A stretch of 64,000 bases of DNA, from positions 57,726 through 121,725 of the forward strand of contig JASMDX010000049.1 in the NCBI GenBank assembly GCA_030752605.1, in the 5' to 3' direction. Source of the DNA: Alphaproteobacteria bacterium. GTDB lineage: Bacteria; Pseudomonadota; Alphaproteobacteria; GCA-2731375. How positions within the stretch are numbered: the stretch's first letter is position 1; every line of letters starts with the position of its first letter. Shown in pieces: positions 17,824 through 27,337 of the stretch. The translations under genes and the position numbers were made by a program. Below the pieces are notes generated by a model, which saw only the letters and a program-made list of their open reading frames with translations, searched no databases and had not been told where the DNA came from.

Positions 17824-19629
17824 ATGGCGTCCCGACCAGGTGCGGTCGTGAGCCTGCAGCGTCTGTTACTGTTGGCAGTAGTCCCAGCCCTGATGTTGGT
17901 TGGCGTACATATTTTATTGCAATTTTTGGCCGATTGGTTCGCACTTGATGGGCGCTTTATCGGCCCAGATGCCTATATGCGGGTGCTCCGCGTGGGGGAT
18001 CTTGCTTCGGGCGGGAGCTGGTATGAACCGGTAGCCGAACGTTCCAACGCACCCTATGGCGAAATTCTGCACTGGACCCGGCCACTAGACCTGTTGTTGT
18101 TGCTGGGTGGTATCCTGGGCGCGCCTTTACTGGGCTTCGATGGCGCCCTATTCGCCTGGGCGACTGTGTTCGGCCCGGTGCTTCATATTTTCACCCTCGT
18201 CGTGCTGCTGTGGGCCTGCCATCCGCTGTTGAATCAAAAAGGTCTGATGCTGCTAGGCCTGTTGTTCACAGTACAGTTTTTTGTCAGTTTTCAGTTTGCG
18301 GTGGGACGACCGGATCATCATGGGCTTAATATTCTATTTTTCATCTGGCAAATGGGCTTTGCCTTCCGTCTCTCGGCCGTAAAATGCCTGAAAAATTTAC
18401 CTCTTTTTGCAGCCCTGCCGGCCGCGCTCGCGCTCTGGATTAGTATTGAGGGCGCGGTGGGCACGGCCATGATCTTGACAGCGTTGTGCACCGCGTGGAT
18501 CATCCATGGCGGCGTCTATTTGCACCGGATGCGTTTGTTTCTCGTTAGCCTGAGTGTTGGTCTGATACTGGTATTGGTGGCGGAACGGCTGCCTAGTGAT
18601 CTGCTGACGGTAGAGTTCGATCGCCTATCGGTGGTGCATATCGCTTTGTTCGCGATATTGACCTTGGCTGCCCTGTGCATGCCCAGGATGGCGCGTCTGG
18701 GGAACCGTCTAAGCCTCGCGGTCGCCGCCGGCGTTCTGACCCTCACCGTCTTGGGGCTGTGGGTACCGGATTTCTTCTCTGGCCCCATGGCTGCCATGGA
18801 CCCACTCGTCTACGAGATTTGGTTCCGCAATAACGCCGAGGTCAGTCCGACGCTGGAACTCGACGATATGCGCCGAACCGGGCCAAAGGCCCTGGCCCAT
18901 CTCGGCCTGGTCATCTACGCGGTGCCGATACTGGTGGTTCTGTTCTTTCATTATCAAGGCGAACGCCGCCGCAATTATGCAATTTTGTCTGTTTTCCTCC
19001 TCGCTGGAACGGCCCTGGCCCTGCGCGAGGCACGCTGGATGGGCTATCCCCAAATCCTGTGCCTGCCCCCTTGCATTGTGTTGCTGCAGGTTCTGTTCGC
19101 ACGCAATGCCGGCCCCGGTCTGGGACGTACCGCGGTGCGCGTAGGCGCGGTTATCGTGCTTGCCACCGGGCCGTTGATCGGTGGCGGGCTGCTGCGCCAT
19201 GCCATGCCCGTACCGAAACAGGAGAAATCTTGTGGACTTTCAGAGATGGCGCTGTTTCTGGGGGTGAACTATGAACACCGCCCGCAAACATTATTAAACT
19301 TCATCTATTACGGGCCGGAATTGCTCTACCGGACACACCATTTCGTGATCGCCACGCCGTATCACCGCAACACCGACGGCATCGTTGATACCATAAAATT
19401 CCTTCGCTCCACCGACGAGTTAGAGGCAATATCCCTGATTGAGGAACGGCATATCGATCTGGTGTTGATCTGCCCCTCAGATCCGGAGGCTGATAATTAT
19501 CGCCAGACCGGCGATACCCCGACCTTATTCATGCGATTAGAATCTGATCAGCCACCACCCTGGCTCACGATGGTCCCGTTGCCCGCCGAACTGGGCCAGA
19601 AATTCAAATTGTTCCAGACCCAACGGTAG
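17824..19629 (+). CDS. Large polytopic membrane protein, putative GT-C-type glycosyltransferase
   Basis: About 10-12 hydrophobic helices over some 450 aa, followed by a soluble C-terminal domain of about 150 aa. The start is uncertain. The context (GtrA + FAD oxidoreductase) suggests lipid-linked glycan modification. Confidence 0.5.
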   Translation: MASRPGAVVSLQRLLLLAVVPALMLVGVHILLQFLADWFALDGRFIGPDAYMRVLRVGDLASGGSWYEPVAERSNAPYGEILHWTRPLDLLLLLGGILGAPLLGFDGALFAWATVFGPVLHIFTLVVLLWACHPLLNQKGLMLLGLLFTVQFFVSFQFAVGRPDHHGLNILFFIWQMGFAFRLSAVKCLKNLPLFAALPAALALWISIEGAVGTAMILTALCTAWIIHGGVYLHRMRLFLVSLSVGLILVLVAERLPSDLLTVEFDRLSVVHIALFAILTLAALCMPRMARLGNRLSLAVAAGVLTLTVLGLWVPDFFSGPMAAMDPLVYEIWFRNNAEVSPTLELDDMRRTGPKALAHLGLVIYAVPILVVLFFHYQGERRRNYAILSVFLLAGTALALREARWMGYPQILCLPPCIVLLQVLFARNAGPGLGRTAVRVGAVIVLATGPLIGGGLLRHAMPVPKQEKSCGLSEMALFLGVNYEHRPQTLLNFIYYGPELLYRTHHFVIATPYHRNTDGIVDTIKFLRSTDELEAISLIEERHIDLVLICPSDPEADNYRQTGDTPTLFMRLESDQPPPWLTMVPLPAELGQKFKLFQTQR

Positions 19630-19705
19630 AACTTTTGACCCCGGTCGCTTCCGCCGTTACTTATAGATCCCAGAGAATTTTATAGTAGTTGGATTAGAGC
19701 AGAGG

Positions 19706-21187
19706 TTGGAACAGAAGATGCCCGAATATGACGTCATCGTGGTCGGCGGCGGCAATGCCGCGCTATGCGCGGCCCTCTCCGCGCGGGAAAACGGTGCCTC
19801 CGTCGTTGTTTTGGAGCGCGCGCCCCAGGATGAGGCGGGCGGCAACTCCGCCTTCACGGCCGGCGCCATCCGCACAGTCTATAACGGCGATGATGATATT
19901 CTGGATTTGATGCCGGATCTGTCGGCAGAGGAACGCAACTCTGATTTCGGTGCCTATACCGAGGAACAGTTCTTCGATGACATGGGCAAGGTTACCGACT
20001 ACCGCACCGACCCGGATCTGACCGAATTGTTGATCACGCGCTCTTTTTCAACCCTGAAATGGCTGCAGGGCAAGGGCATGCGCTACATGCCGCTGTTCGC
20101 CAAACAGGCCTTTAAAGTTGATGGCCGGTTCAAGTTCTGGGGCGGCTTGACCGTGGAAGCCTATGGCGGTGGACCCGGCCTGATCCAGGGGCTGACGGAG
20201 GTCTGCAAGCGTGAGGGCATCGAAATCCGCTATAACGCCCGCGCCCTGTCGTTGATCCATGATGATGACGGCGTTCACGGCGTAAATCTGCGCCAGGAGA
20301 GTAAAACTTCGGCCTTAAGCGGCAAGGCGGTTATTCTCGCCTGCGGCGGTTTTGAAGCCAATGCGGAGATGCGCACCCGCTATTTGGGCCCGGGCTGGGA
20401 ATTGGCGCCGGTGCGCGGCACCCGTTTCAATACCGGCGACGGCATCCAGATGGCCCTGGCGGCGGGTGCCAGCCCGCGGGGCAACTGGTCCGGCTGCCAC
20501 GCCGTGGCCTGGGACCGCAACGCGCCGGAGTTCGGCGATCTGGCGGTCGGTGACGGCTTCCAAAAACACAGCTATCCCTTTGGTTTGATTATCAATGCGG
20601 ATGGCAAACGCTTCGTCGATGAAGGCGCTGAATTCCGCAATTACACCTATGCCAAATACGGCCGGGAAATCCTCAACCAGCCGCGCCAGTTCGCCTATCA
20701 GGTGTTCGATCAGAAAACCGTCCATCTGCTGCGCGATGAATACCGTATCCGCGAAGTAACCAAGGCGCAGTCAGACACCTTGGAGGGGCTGGTAGCGCAA
20801 ATGGAAGGCGTCAACGCGGAGCAGTTCCTGCGCGAGGTCGAGGAATATAACGCTGCCGTGCAAACCGATATACCGTTTAACCCCACGGTCAAGGATGGCC
20901 GCCGCACGAACGGGCTGGCGGTAGACAAAACCAATTGGGCCAATACTTTGGATGAACCGCCGTATATGGCGTTTGGCGTTACCTGCGGCATTACCTTCAC
21001 CTTTGGCGGCGTGCGCATCGACACCGACGCCAATGTCATAGACACGGACGGCCATGGTATTCCGGGGCTTTATGCGGCGGGCGAAATGGTCGGCGGATTA
21101 TTCTATTTCAATTATCCTGGCGGCACGGGTCTGATTTCAGGCTCCGTTTTCGGGCGCATCGCGGGTGCCAACGCCGCCCAGGGCTGA
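19706..21187 (+). CDS. FAD-binding dehydrogenase of the fumarate reductase/succinate dehydrogenase flavoprotein superfamily (TcuA-like)
   Basis: YDVIVVGGGNAALCAAL FAD motif, and a C-terminal GEMVGG...GSVFGRIAG region typical of FRD/SDH flavoproteins. 493 aa. Confidence 0.8.
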   Translation: MEQKMPEYDVIVVGGGNAALCAALSARENGASVVVLERAPQDEAGGNSAFTAGAIRTVYNGDDDILDLMPDLSAEERNSDFGAYTEEQFFDDMGKVTDYRTDPDLTELLITRSFSTLKWLQGKGMRYMPLFAKQAFKVDGRFKFWGGLTVEAYGGGPGLIQGLTEVCKREGIEIRYNARALSLIHDDDGVHGVNLRQESKTSALSGKAVILACGGFEANAEMRTRYLGPGWELAPVRGTRFNTGDGIQMALAAGASPRGNWSGCHAVAWDRNAPEFGDLAVGDGFQKHSYPFGLIINADGKRFVDEGAEFRNYTYAKYGREILNQPRQFAYQVFDQKTVHLLRDEYRIREVTKAQSDTLEGLVAQMEGVNAEQFLREVEEYNAAVQTDIPFNPTVKDGRRTNGLAVDKTNWANTLDEPPYMAFGVTCGITFTFGGVRIDTDANVIDTDGHGIPGLYAAGEMVGGLFYFNYPGGTGLISGSVFGRIAGANAAQG

Positions 21188-21203
21188 TTGGAGGATAAGC
21201 CAG

Positions 21204-22106
21204 ATGAATACGGATACCATTGGCTTCATCGGCCTTGGCGTTATGGGCGAGCCCATGTGCCACAATCTGCATAAAAAATCCGGGAAATCCGTTATTGCCT
21301 GCGATATCGACCCCGCCCCCCTGCACCGTGCGCGGGAGGTCGGTCTGGAGGCAAGCGACAGCCTGGAGCAGATCGCGCGGCGCTGTGGCACGATCTTTAT
21401 TTCCATGCCCTCCGGCGTGCAGTTGGAACAGGTTTGCGGCAGCCTGATGCCCCATATGACGCCGGGCCAGACGATTGTCGATACCACCACCGCGCCAGTC
21501 GCCCTGACCAAGGAACTGGCAGCGAAATTTCAGGCCAAGGGCATCGATTACGCCGACGCCCCCATCGCGCGGACCCGCCAGGCGGCCCGCGACGGTACCC
21601 TGGCGGTCATGGTCGGTGCCTCGGCGGAGGTTTTCGCACGGGTGGAGCCCATGATCGCCTGTTATGCCAACGTTATCACCCTTTGTGGCGATGTGGGCAG
21701 CGGCCAAGTGGTGAAGATCCTCAACAACATGATCGTGGCTGAAACCGTCAACGCGGTGGCCGAGGCATTGACCATCGGACGGCGCGCCGGTTTAGACGGT
21801 GCCCTGTTGCTGGATACCTTGGCCAAGGGTTCCGCCGATAGCTTCGTGTTGCGCAATCATGGCGTCAACGCCATGCTGCCTGGGGTCTTTCCCCTACGTG
21901 CATTTTCTGTCAACTATATGTTGAAAGATATGGGTTATGCCATTGATCTGGCGGACGAAACCGGCGTTGAGATCAAGGGCGCCAAAACCACCGAGGATAT
22001 TTTGAAAGAAGCCGCCACCAAGGGCGTGCTGGCTGATGCGTACTGGCCGGCCCTGCTGGCCGTGATCGACCCCACCATGGAACCTGAAACCCCCGACGGT
22101 GACTAA
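21204..22106 (+). CDS. NAD(P)-dependent 3-hydroxyisobutyrate dehydrogenase family (HIBADH / beta-hydroxyacid dehydrogenase)
   Basis: IGFIGLGVMG NAD-binding motif. The start is taken at the ATG at 21204 (MNTDTIGF). Confidence 0.8.
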   Translation: MNTDTIGFIGLGVMGEPMCHNLHKKSGKSVIACDIDPAPLHRAREVGLEASDSLEQIARRCGTIFISMPSGVQLEQVCGSLMPHMTPGQTIVDTTTAPVALTKELAAKFQAKGIDYADAPIARTRQAARDGTLAVMVGASAEVFARVEPMIACYANVITLCGDVGSGQVVKILNNMIVAETVNAVAEALTIGRRAGLDGALLLDTLAKGSADSFVLRNHGVNAMLPGVFPLRAFSVNYMLKDMGYAIDLADETGVEIKGAKTTEDILKEAATKGVLADAYWPALLAVIDPTMEPETPDGD

Positions 22107-22111
22107 TTGCA

Positions 22112-22990
22112 ATGTCCGATCTGCCCTCCTACGAGACCATAACTTACACATCGCCTAGCGCCGGCGTGGCACGGATCACCCTGAACAGGCCCGAGATGCG
22201 CAACGCCCAGGACCTGCAGATGACCTATGATTTGAACGACGCCTTTGAACGGGCGGCAGAGAACGAAGCCATCAAGGTCATCATCCTAGCCGGCGCGGAC
22301 CCGCATTTCAGCGCCGGCCATGATCTTTCGGGCAAGAGCAGCAAGACCTGGGAGGATTTTTCTCAAGTCACCGCCTGGGGCAGTTTCGATCCGCCGGGCG
22401 CCGAAGGGCGCTATGCCCGCGAGAGCGAGATTTATCTGGGCATGACGGAGCGTTGGCGCAACGTGCCCAAGCCAACCATTGCTGCCGTCCAGGGGAAATG
22501 TATCGCCGGCGGCCTAATGCTGGCCTGGGCCTGCGACATCATCATCGCCTCGGAGGATGCCGAGTTCCGCGACCCGGTGGTTGAAATGGGCGTTTGCGGC
22601 GTCGAATTCTTCGCCCACCCCTGGGAATTGGGTCCACGCAAGGCCAAGGAATTACTGTTTACCGCCGATTGGCTAAGCGCGGAGGAAGCCAAACAACTGG
22701 GTATGGTCAATCAGGTCGTGCTCCGTGAAGAGCTGTCGGACAGCGCTCTGGCCATGGCTGAACGGATCGCCAAGAAGCCTCTGTTTGCGCTCAAACTCAC
22801 CAAGGAAGCGGTCAATCAGACCCAGGATGCCATGGGCCGTCCCACGGCGATGTCCGGGGTGTTTTCCCTGCATCAGCTTTGTCACAGCCATAATATGCAG
22901 GTCCATGGCATTCCCATGGATCCAAACGGGCTGCCCGAAAGCATGCGTGGCCGCTTCGTGAAAAAGCCGGACCCGGAAGCTGCGGACTGA
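22112..22990 (+). CDS. Enoyl-CoA hydratase/isomerase (crotonase) family protein
   Basis: Crotonase-fold motifs (ITLNRPEMRNAQ, ILAGADPHFSAGHDL). 292 aa. Confidence 0.8.
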   Translation: MSDLPSYETITYTSPSAGVARITLNRPEMRNAQDLQMTYDLNDAFERAAENEAIKVIILAGADPHFSAGHDLSGKSSKTWEDFSQVTAWGSFDPPGAEGRYARESEIYLGMTERWRNVPKPTIAAVQGKCIAGGLMLAWACDIIIASEDAEFRDPVVEMGVCGVEFFAHPWELGPRKAKELLFTADWLSAEEAKQLGMVNQVVLREELSDSALAMAERIAKKPLFALKLTKEAVNQTQDAMGRPTAMSGVFSLHQLCHSHNMQVHGIPMDPNGLPESMRGRFVKKPDPEAAD

Positions 22991-23368
22991 GCCAACCATC
23001 CGAAACCGCGCCAAGATTGTCGGCCGCCCCGCAAATACAGAGTGACGGATGGAGCGCCTTGGCAAGACGCTTGAAAGCCCGCTCCCGGTTGAACTACGCA
23101 AACGTTTCGCCGAGGGCTGCCAGCGTTCCCTAAAAGAAGGCCGCCTGTCCCCGCCGAAGGCAGCTATCGCAATGAGGCTGACCGCGAGGTTCTATTTCGC
23201 TGCATCATGATGCCGGTGCGGACCATGAACGATGCGGTCGATTTCGTCTACGGCGCCTATTCTCATCGAATAGCCACCTAATTAATTTTCAACCGGCGTT
23301 GACCGCCGCCCCCCATGGGCCTAGCTTCGTTGCCTTCGTAAAGGCAGAAAAAACGGCGCCAGACATCT

Positions 23369-24838
23369 ATGCCCACTCTAAAACCTAATCCAGATACCGT
23401 TGCGCACCAGAAAAGTCGGTGCGATGACAAGCATCCACAACAGGAAATTCCGTCACTGGACCGTCTGTTGCGCGCGCCTGAATTGCAACAATTGCAAGCA
23501 CGGGCGGGCCGTCAATTGGTGCTGGAGGAGGCCCGCGCCGAGCTGACCCAACTGCGCCAGCGGTTGAGCGGCACCAACGCCAATAGTACAGAAGAGACCA
23601 GCCTGGACCATCTGGCGGCCCAGATTGAGGCCCGCGTGGGGGCGGCTCTACGGATGTCCTTGCGGCCCGTATTCAATCTAACGGGCACCGTTCTGCATAC
23701 CAATCTGGGTCGCGCGCCGCTGGCGGAAGAGGCGATCGAAGCCATGGCAAAGGCAGCGCGTGGTGCCGTCAATGTGGAATTTGACCTCGCCAAAGGCCGG
23801 CGCGGCGACCGGGATGATCATGTGGAGGACTGGCTGTGCCGCCTGACCGGGGCAGAGGCCGCGACCGTGGTCAACAACAACGCAGCTGCCGTCCTGTTGC
23901 TGCTCAACACCCTGGCTAACCGCAGGGAGGTGCCTGTTTCACGCGGCGAATTGATCGAAATTGGCGGCGCCTTTCGAATTCCGAATATTATGCGCCGGGC
24001 GGGTTGCCGCCTGGTCGAAGTTGGCACCACGAACCGCACCCATTTGCGTGATTTCACCGAAGCCCTGACCTCGCGCACCGGCTGTTTGATGAAGGTTCAT
24101 ACCTCAAACTACATCGTGCAGGGCTTCACGGCGGAGGTCAGCGACGAAGATCTCGCCGGCCTGGCTCACGAAAATGACCTGCCCTATATGGTCGATTTAG
24201 GCGCCGGCGCGCTGATCGACATGGCGGCCCTGGGCCTGCCATACGAAACCACGGTCAGCGAAACCCTGGCAAAGGGTGCCGATTTGGTTAGCTTTTCCGG
24301 AGACAAGCTTTTGGGCGGGCCACAGGCCGGCCTAATCGCCGGACGCGCGGATTTGATCGCCAAGATCAAGAAAAACCCCATGAAACGGGCCCTTCGGGTG
24401 GATAAAGTAACCATGGCGGCCCTAGCCGCGACCCTGCGCCTGTATGCCCAACCTGACACCCTGCGGGCCAAACTGCCAACCTTGCGCTTATTGAGCCGGC
24501 CCGTGGCCGAAATCCAGGCCATGGCGGAGCGGATCGCGCCTGCGTTGCGGCTAACCTTGGGCGATGGCTTCCAAGTCACGATCACGCCGAGCAAGGGACA
24601 AATCGGCAGCGGTTCGTTGCCAGTTGAAAGCTTGCAAAGCGTGGCCCTGGCGTTGCGGCCCTGCACCACGAAGGGCAGCGGTGCTGCCTTGAAACGGTTG
24701 GCAGCGGCGTTTCGCACCCTGCCCCGACCGGTCCTGGGCCGGATTACAGATGACGCCTTGCATTTCGATCTTCGCTGCCTGGAGGATGGCGGGGACGAGG
24801 CGGCCTGGTTGGCGCAAATAGCGGATTTAAGGCCATGA
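23369..24838 (+). CDS. selA: L-seryl-tRNA(Sec) selenium transferase (selenocysteine synthase)
   Basis: SelA-specific length and the PLP-lysine motif FSGDKLLGGPQAG. It overlaps selB by 4 nt. Confidence 0.9.
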   Translation: MPTLKPNPDTVAHQKSRCDDKHPQQEIPSLDRLLRAPELQQLQARAGRQLVLEEARAELTQLRQRLSGTNANSTEETSLDHLAAQIEARVGAALRMSLRPVFNLTGTVLHTNLGRAPLAEEAIEAMAKAARGAVNVEFDLAKGRRGDRDDHVEDWLCRLTGAEAATVVNNNAAAVLLLLNTLANRREVPVSRGELIEIGGAFRIPNIMRRAGCRLVEVGTTNRTHLRDFTEALTSRTGCLMKVHTSNYIVQGFTAEVSDEDLAGLAHENDLPYMVDLGAGALIDMAALGLPYETTVSETLAKGADLVSFSGDKLLGGPQAGLIAGRADLIAKIKKNPMKRALRVDKVTMAALAATLRLYAQPDTLRAKLPTLRLLSRPVAEIQAMAERIAPALRLTLGDGFQVTITPSKGQIGSGSLPVESLQSVALALRPCTTKGSGAALKRLAAAFRTLPRPVLGRITDDALHFDLRCLEDGGDEAAWLAQIADLRP

Positions 24839-26784
24839 TCATCGCCACCGCCGGCCATGTTGATCATGGCAAGACCACTTTGGTGCGAGCTCTAACGGGG
24901 GTCGATACGGATCGTCTGCCGGAAGAGAAAAAACGCGGCCTGACCATCGATATCGGCTTTGCCTATCACGAAATCGATAGCGGGACGGACCATAAGGTGG
25001 TCATGGGCTTTGTCGATGTGCCGGGCCACGACCGCTTTATCAAAAACATGCTGGCGGGCGTCGCCACGATAGATTTCGTCCTGCTGGTAGTCGCCGCTGA
25101 CGATGGCGTGATGCCTCAGACGGAAGAGCATTTGGCCATCCTTGGTCTGTTGGGCATCCAGCAAGGCGCCGTGGCCATTACCAAAATTGATCGGACGACG
25201 CCCGAGCGCGTGGCTCAGGTTGAGGCCGAGGTTGCCGCCTTGCTGACGCCGACGCCCTTGGCAGGCGTACCCACGTTCTCGGTTTCAGGCGAGCTTGGCA
25301 CCGGTATGGATGCGTTGCGCCAGCATTTGGAAGCGGCCGCCCGCAACCATGCCGACCGCGCGGTGAACGGTCAGTTTCGCCTCTCTATCGACCGCGCCTT
25401 CACGGTTTCCGGCGCCGGCCTGATCGTCACAGGGGCGGTGTTTTCCGGTCAGGTTGCGGTCGGCGACCGTCTGATCCTGGCGGCCCGGGATAGAGCCGAG
25501 CCGATCGAGGCGCGGGTGCGCGGCCTGCGCGCCTTGGACCGTGAGGCCGAGTTGGGCCGGGCCGGGCAACGTTGCGCCATCAATATCGCAGGTGGCGAAC
25601 TGCATCAATCGCTTGTCAGCCGGGGTGATTGGCTATTGTCAGAAGCGATTTACGCGCCGGTGCACAAGTTCGATGCCCGGATCCGGGTGCTGAACAGTGA
25701 AAGCCGGCCATTGGGCCATTGGACGCCAGTGCATCTGCATCTAGCCGCCGCTGATATCACCGGACGCATCGCGGTTTTGGGCGAACGGCGCATTGCGCCC
25801 GGTGAAGATGCCCTGGCACAACTGGTATTGGATAGCCCAATAGGCGCCCTGTTCGGGGATCATTTCGTTTTGCGCGATCAATCCGCCCAACGCACCATCG
25901 CGGGCGGGATCGTCATTGATCCGTTCCCTCCCCGGCGCGGCCGTGCCCAGCCGGCGCGCCTAGCGATGTTGCGGGCCATGGAGGCGGAAGCGTCGGCCGA
26001 AGCCCTGGCGGCCATGGTTGCGGCCGCGGAAAATGGCGTCAATCTGCACCAATTCGTACAAACCCGCAATCTGACCCAGGCGGAAGCAGAACATCTGCGG
26101 CAGATTGACGGGCAGGTCCTACTGGCCGCCAATGACGATGACTTGGTGCTATCCCTTGAGCACTGGCGTCGTATCAAACAAGGGATCCTTGATACCCTGG
26201 CCACCTGGCACAAGAAACAACCCGAGGCCGTGGGCCCCAACGATAATGCCCTGCGCGCGGCCATGACATCGCCGCCCAGTCCCATTCTGCTGGCGGCTTC
26301 AATCGCGCATCTGATCGACGGGCGGACGATTATCCGCGACGGTATCTCGTTGCGCCTGCCCAGCCATGCACCGCGTCCCTCGGACGCGGATCTGGAATTA
26401 TGGAAACAGGTTTCGCTAATCCTGGAAGAAGGCGGCATTCGCCCGCCCAGAGTGCGCGAGGTGGCGGAGGAATTGAAGATAGATCCTGCCCGCCTGGAAG
26501 CTTTCCTAAAACGCTGCGCCCGCCAGGGCCGCCTGATGGCCGTGGCGCCGAACAGATTTTTCCCGCCCGCCGCGGTCTGGCGATTGGCGGCGGTGGTTGA
26601 AAGGTTAAGCGCGGCAGTGGGCGAGGAAGGTTTCACCGCCGCCGCCTTCAAGAATGACACCGGTATTGGCCGCAACGTGGCAATCGAGGTGCTGGAATTC
26701 TTCGACACCGCCGGCTTGACCCAGCGCCAGGGCAACACCCGGCGACTGCGCCGCCCGGCAGCGGAAGTCTTTGGCGACGCCTGA
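24835..26784 (+). CDS. selB: Selenocysteine-specific translation elongation factor
   Basis: EF-Tu-like GTPase motifs ([20 protein letters not shown]), followed by the long SelB C-terminal winged-helix extension. 649 aa. Confidence 0.9.
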   Translation: MIIATAGHVDHGKTTLVRALTGVDTDRLPEEKKRGLTIDIGFAYHEIDSGTDHKVVMGFVDVPGHDRFIKNMLAGVATIDFVLLVVAADDGVMPQTEEHLAILGLLGIQQGAVAITKIDRTTPERVAQVEAEVAALLTPTPLAGVPTFSVSGELGTGMDALRQHLEAAARNHADRAVNGQFRLSIDRAFTVSGAGLIVTGAVFSGQVAVGDRLILAARDRAEPIEARVRGLRALDREAELGRAGQRCAINIAGGELHQSLVSRGDWLLSEAIYAPVHKFDARIRVLNSESRPLGHWTPVHLHLAAADITGRIAVLGERRIAPGEDALAQLVLDSPIGALFGDHFVLRDQSAQRTIAGGIVIDPFPPRRGRAQPARLAMLRAMEAEASAEALAAMVAAAENGVNLHQFVQTRNLTQAEAEHLRQIDGQVLLAANDDDLVLSLEHWRRIKQGILDTLATWHKKQPEAVGPNDNALRAAMTSPPSPILLAASIAHLIDGRTIIRDGISLRLPSHAPRPSDADLELWKQVSLILEEGGIRPPRVREVAEELKIDPARLEAFLKRCARQGRLMAVAPNRFFPPAAVWRLAAVVERLSAAVGEEGFTAAAFKNDTGIGRNVAIEVLEFFDTAGLTQRQGNTRRLRRPAAEVFGDA

Positions 26785-27337
26785 TCGGGATCATTATTCA
26801 AAAATGCGGCGTTAATGCGCCCATGCGGTGCGGCCGATTCGCCGCCCCATGGCCAGTCCTCCAATATGACACGGGCTTCGATCAAGCCGGCGCCCTTACA
26901 GGATCTACGCGCGGCTAAACAAGCAGGTTAGCGTTTGCATCTTAAGTCGCTAGGAGAATGGTGTTTCTCAGGCCCCACGAATCCTGCCCGAAACGGTAGC
27001 GAAAGGGTTTACCGTGCCCATAATGCATGAGCCGTTTGTTAACCGTTTTCTTTCACATTCCATTCATACCCTGTGAATTAGTCATGGATAAGCCAACACG
27101 CAACGTGCCCCGCGGTCCCTGTCTGCGGCTGCCCCTACGCACTCTGGATTATGCCCTGAAGGATCAGCCCTGAAAAGTCAGGTTTTGGAAGATCAGGCCA
27201 ACGTCATCCAACGGCATATCGAAACCCTGCTTAGGGAGATCCGTCTAGCGACGCGTCTTCATAGGCCCCGGGCCAAAAAAGGCCTGCTAAAAGGCCGCGC
27301 TCTTTTCACGATCCCATTCCTGTTCCCGGCAGGCGGT

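Noticed and set aside
17712-17948. 78-aa ORF upstream of and overlapping the large membrane-protein gene
   Set aside because: It overlaps the start region of the 17824 gene in another frame and has an Arg/Trp-rich composition. It more likely reflects uncertainty about the true start of the membrane protein.
23049-23210. Calling the 53-codon ORF upstream of selA a selenoprotein outright
   Set aside because: Only the TGA-Cys-Arg-Cys pattern supports it. No SECIS-like hairpin could be folded by eye and the peptide has no known family. It is kept as a low-confidence lead inside the selAB finding rather than as a feature.
25878-26885. 335-aa ORF on minus strand
   Set aside because: Antisense shadow of selB in a high-GC region. 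It has Arg/Ala/Ser-rich low-complexity composition and no motif. The same logic applies to 61145-62740(-), 62743-63651(-), 16903-17793(-), 39559-40245(+), 48236-49315(+), 28124-28786(+) and most other overlapping track ORFs.
27187-27285. Sequence starting GGAAGATC reminiscent of the 5' end of bacterial tRNA-Sec
   Set aside because: There is no matching 3' acceptor complement (GATCTTCC) and no CTTCAAA anticodon loop or GGTTCGA-type T-loop downstream. It is probably a coincidence in the intergenic/terminator region after the acyl-CoA synthetase.
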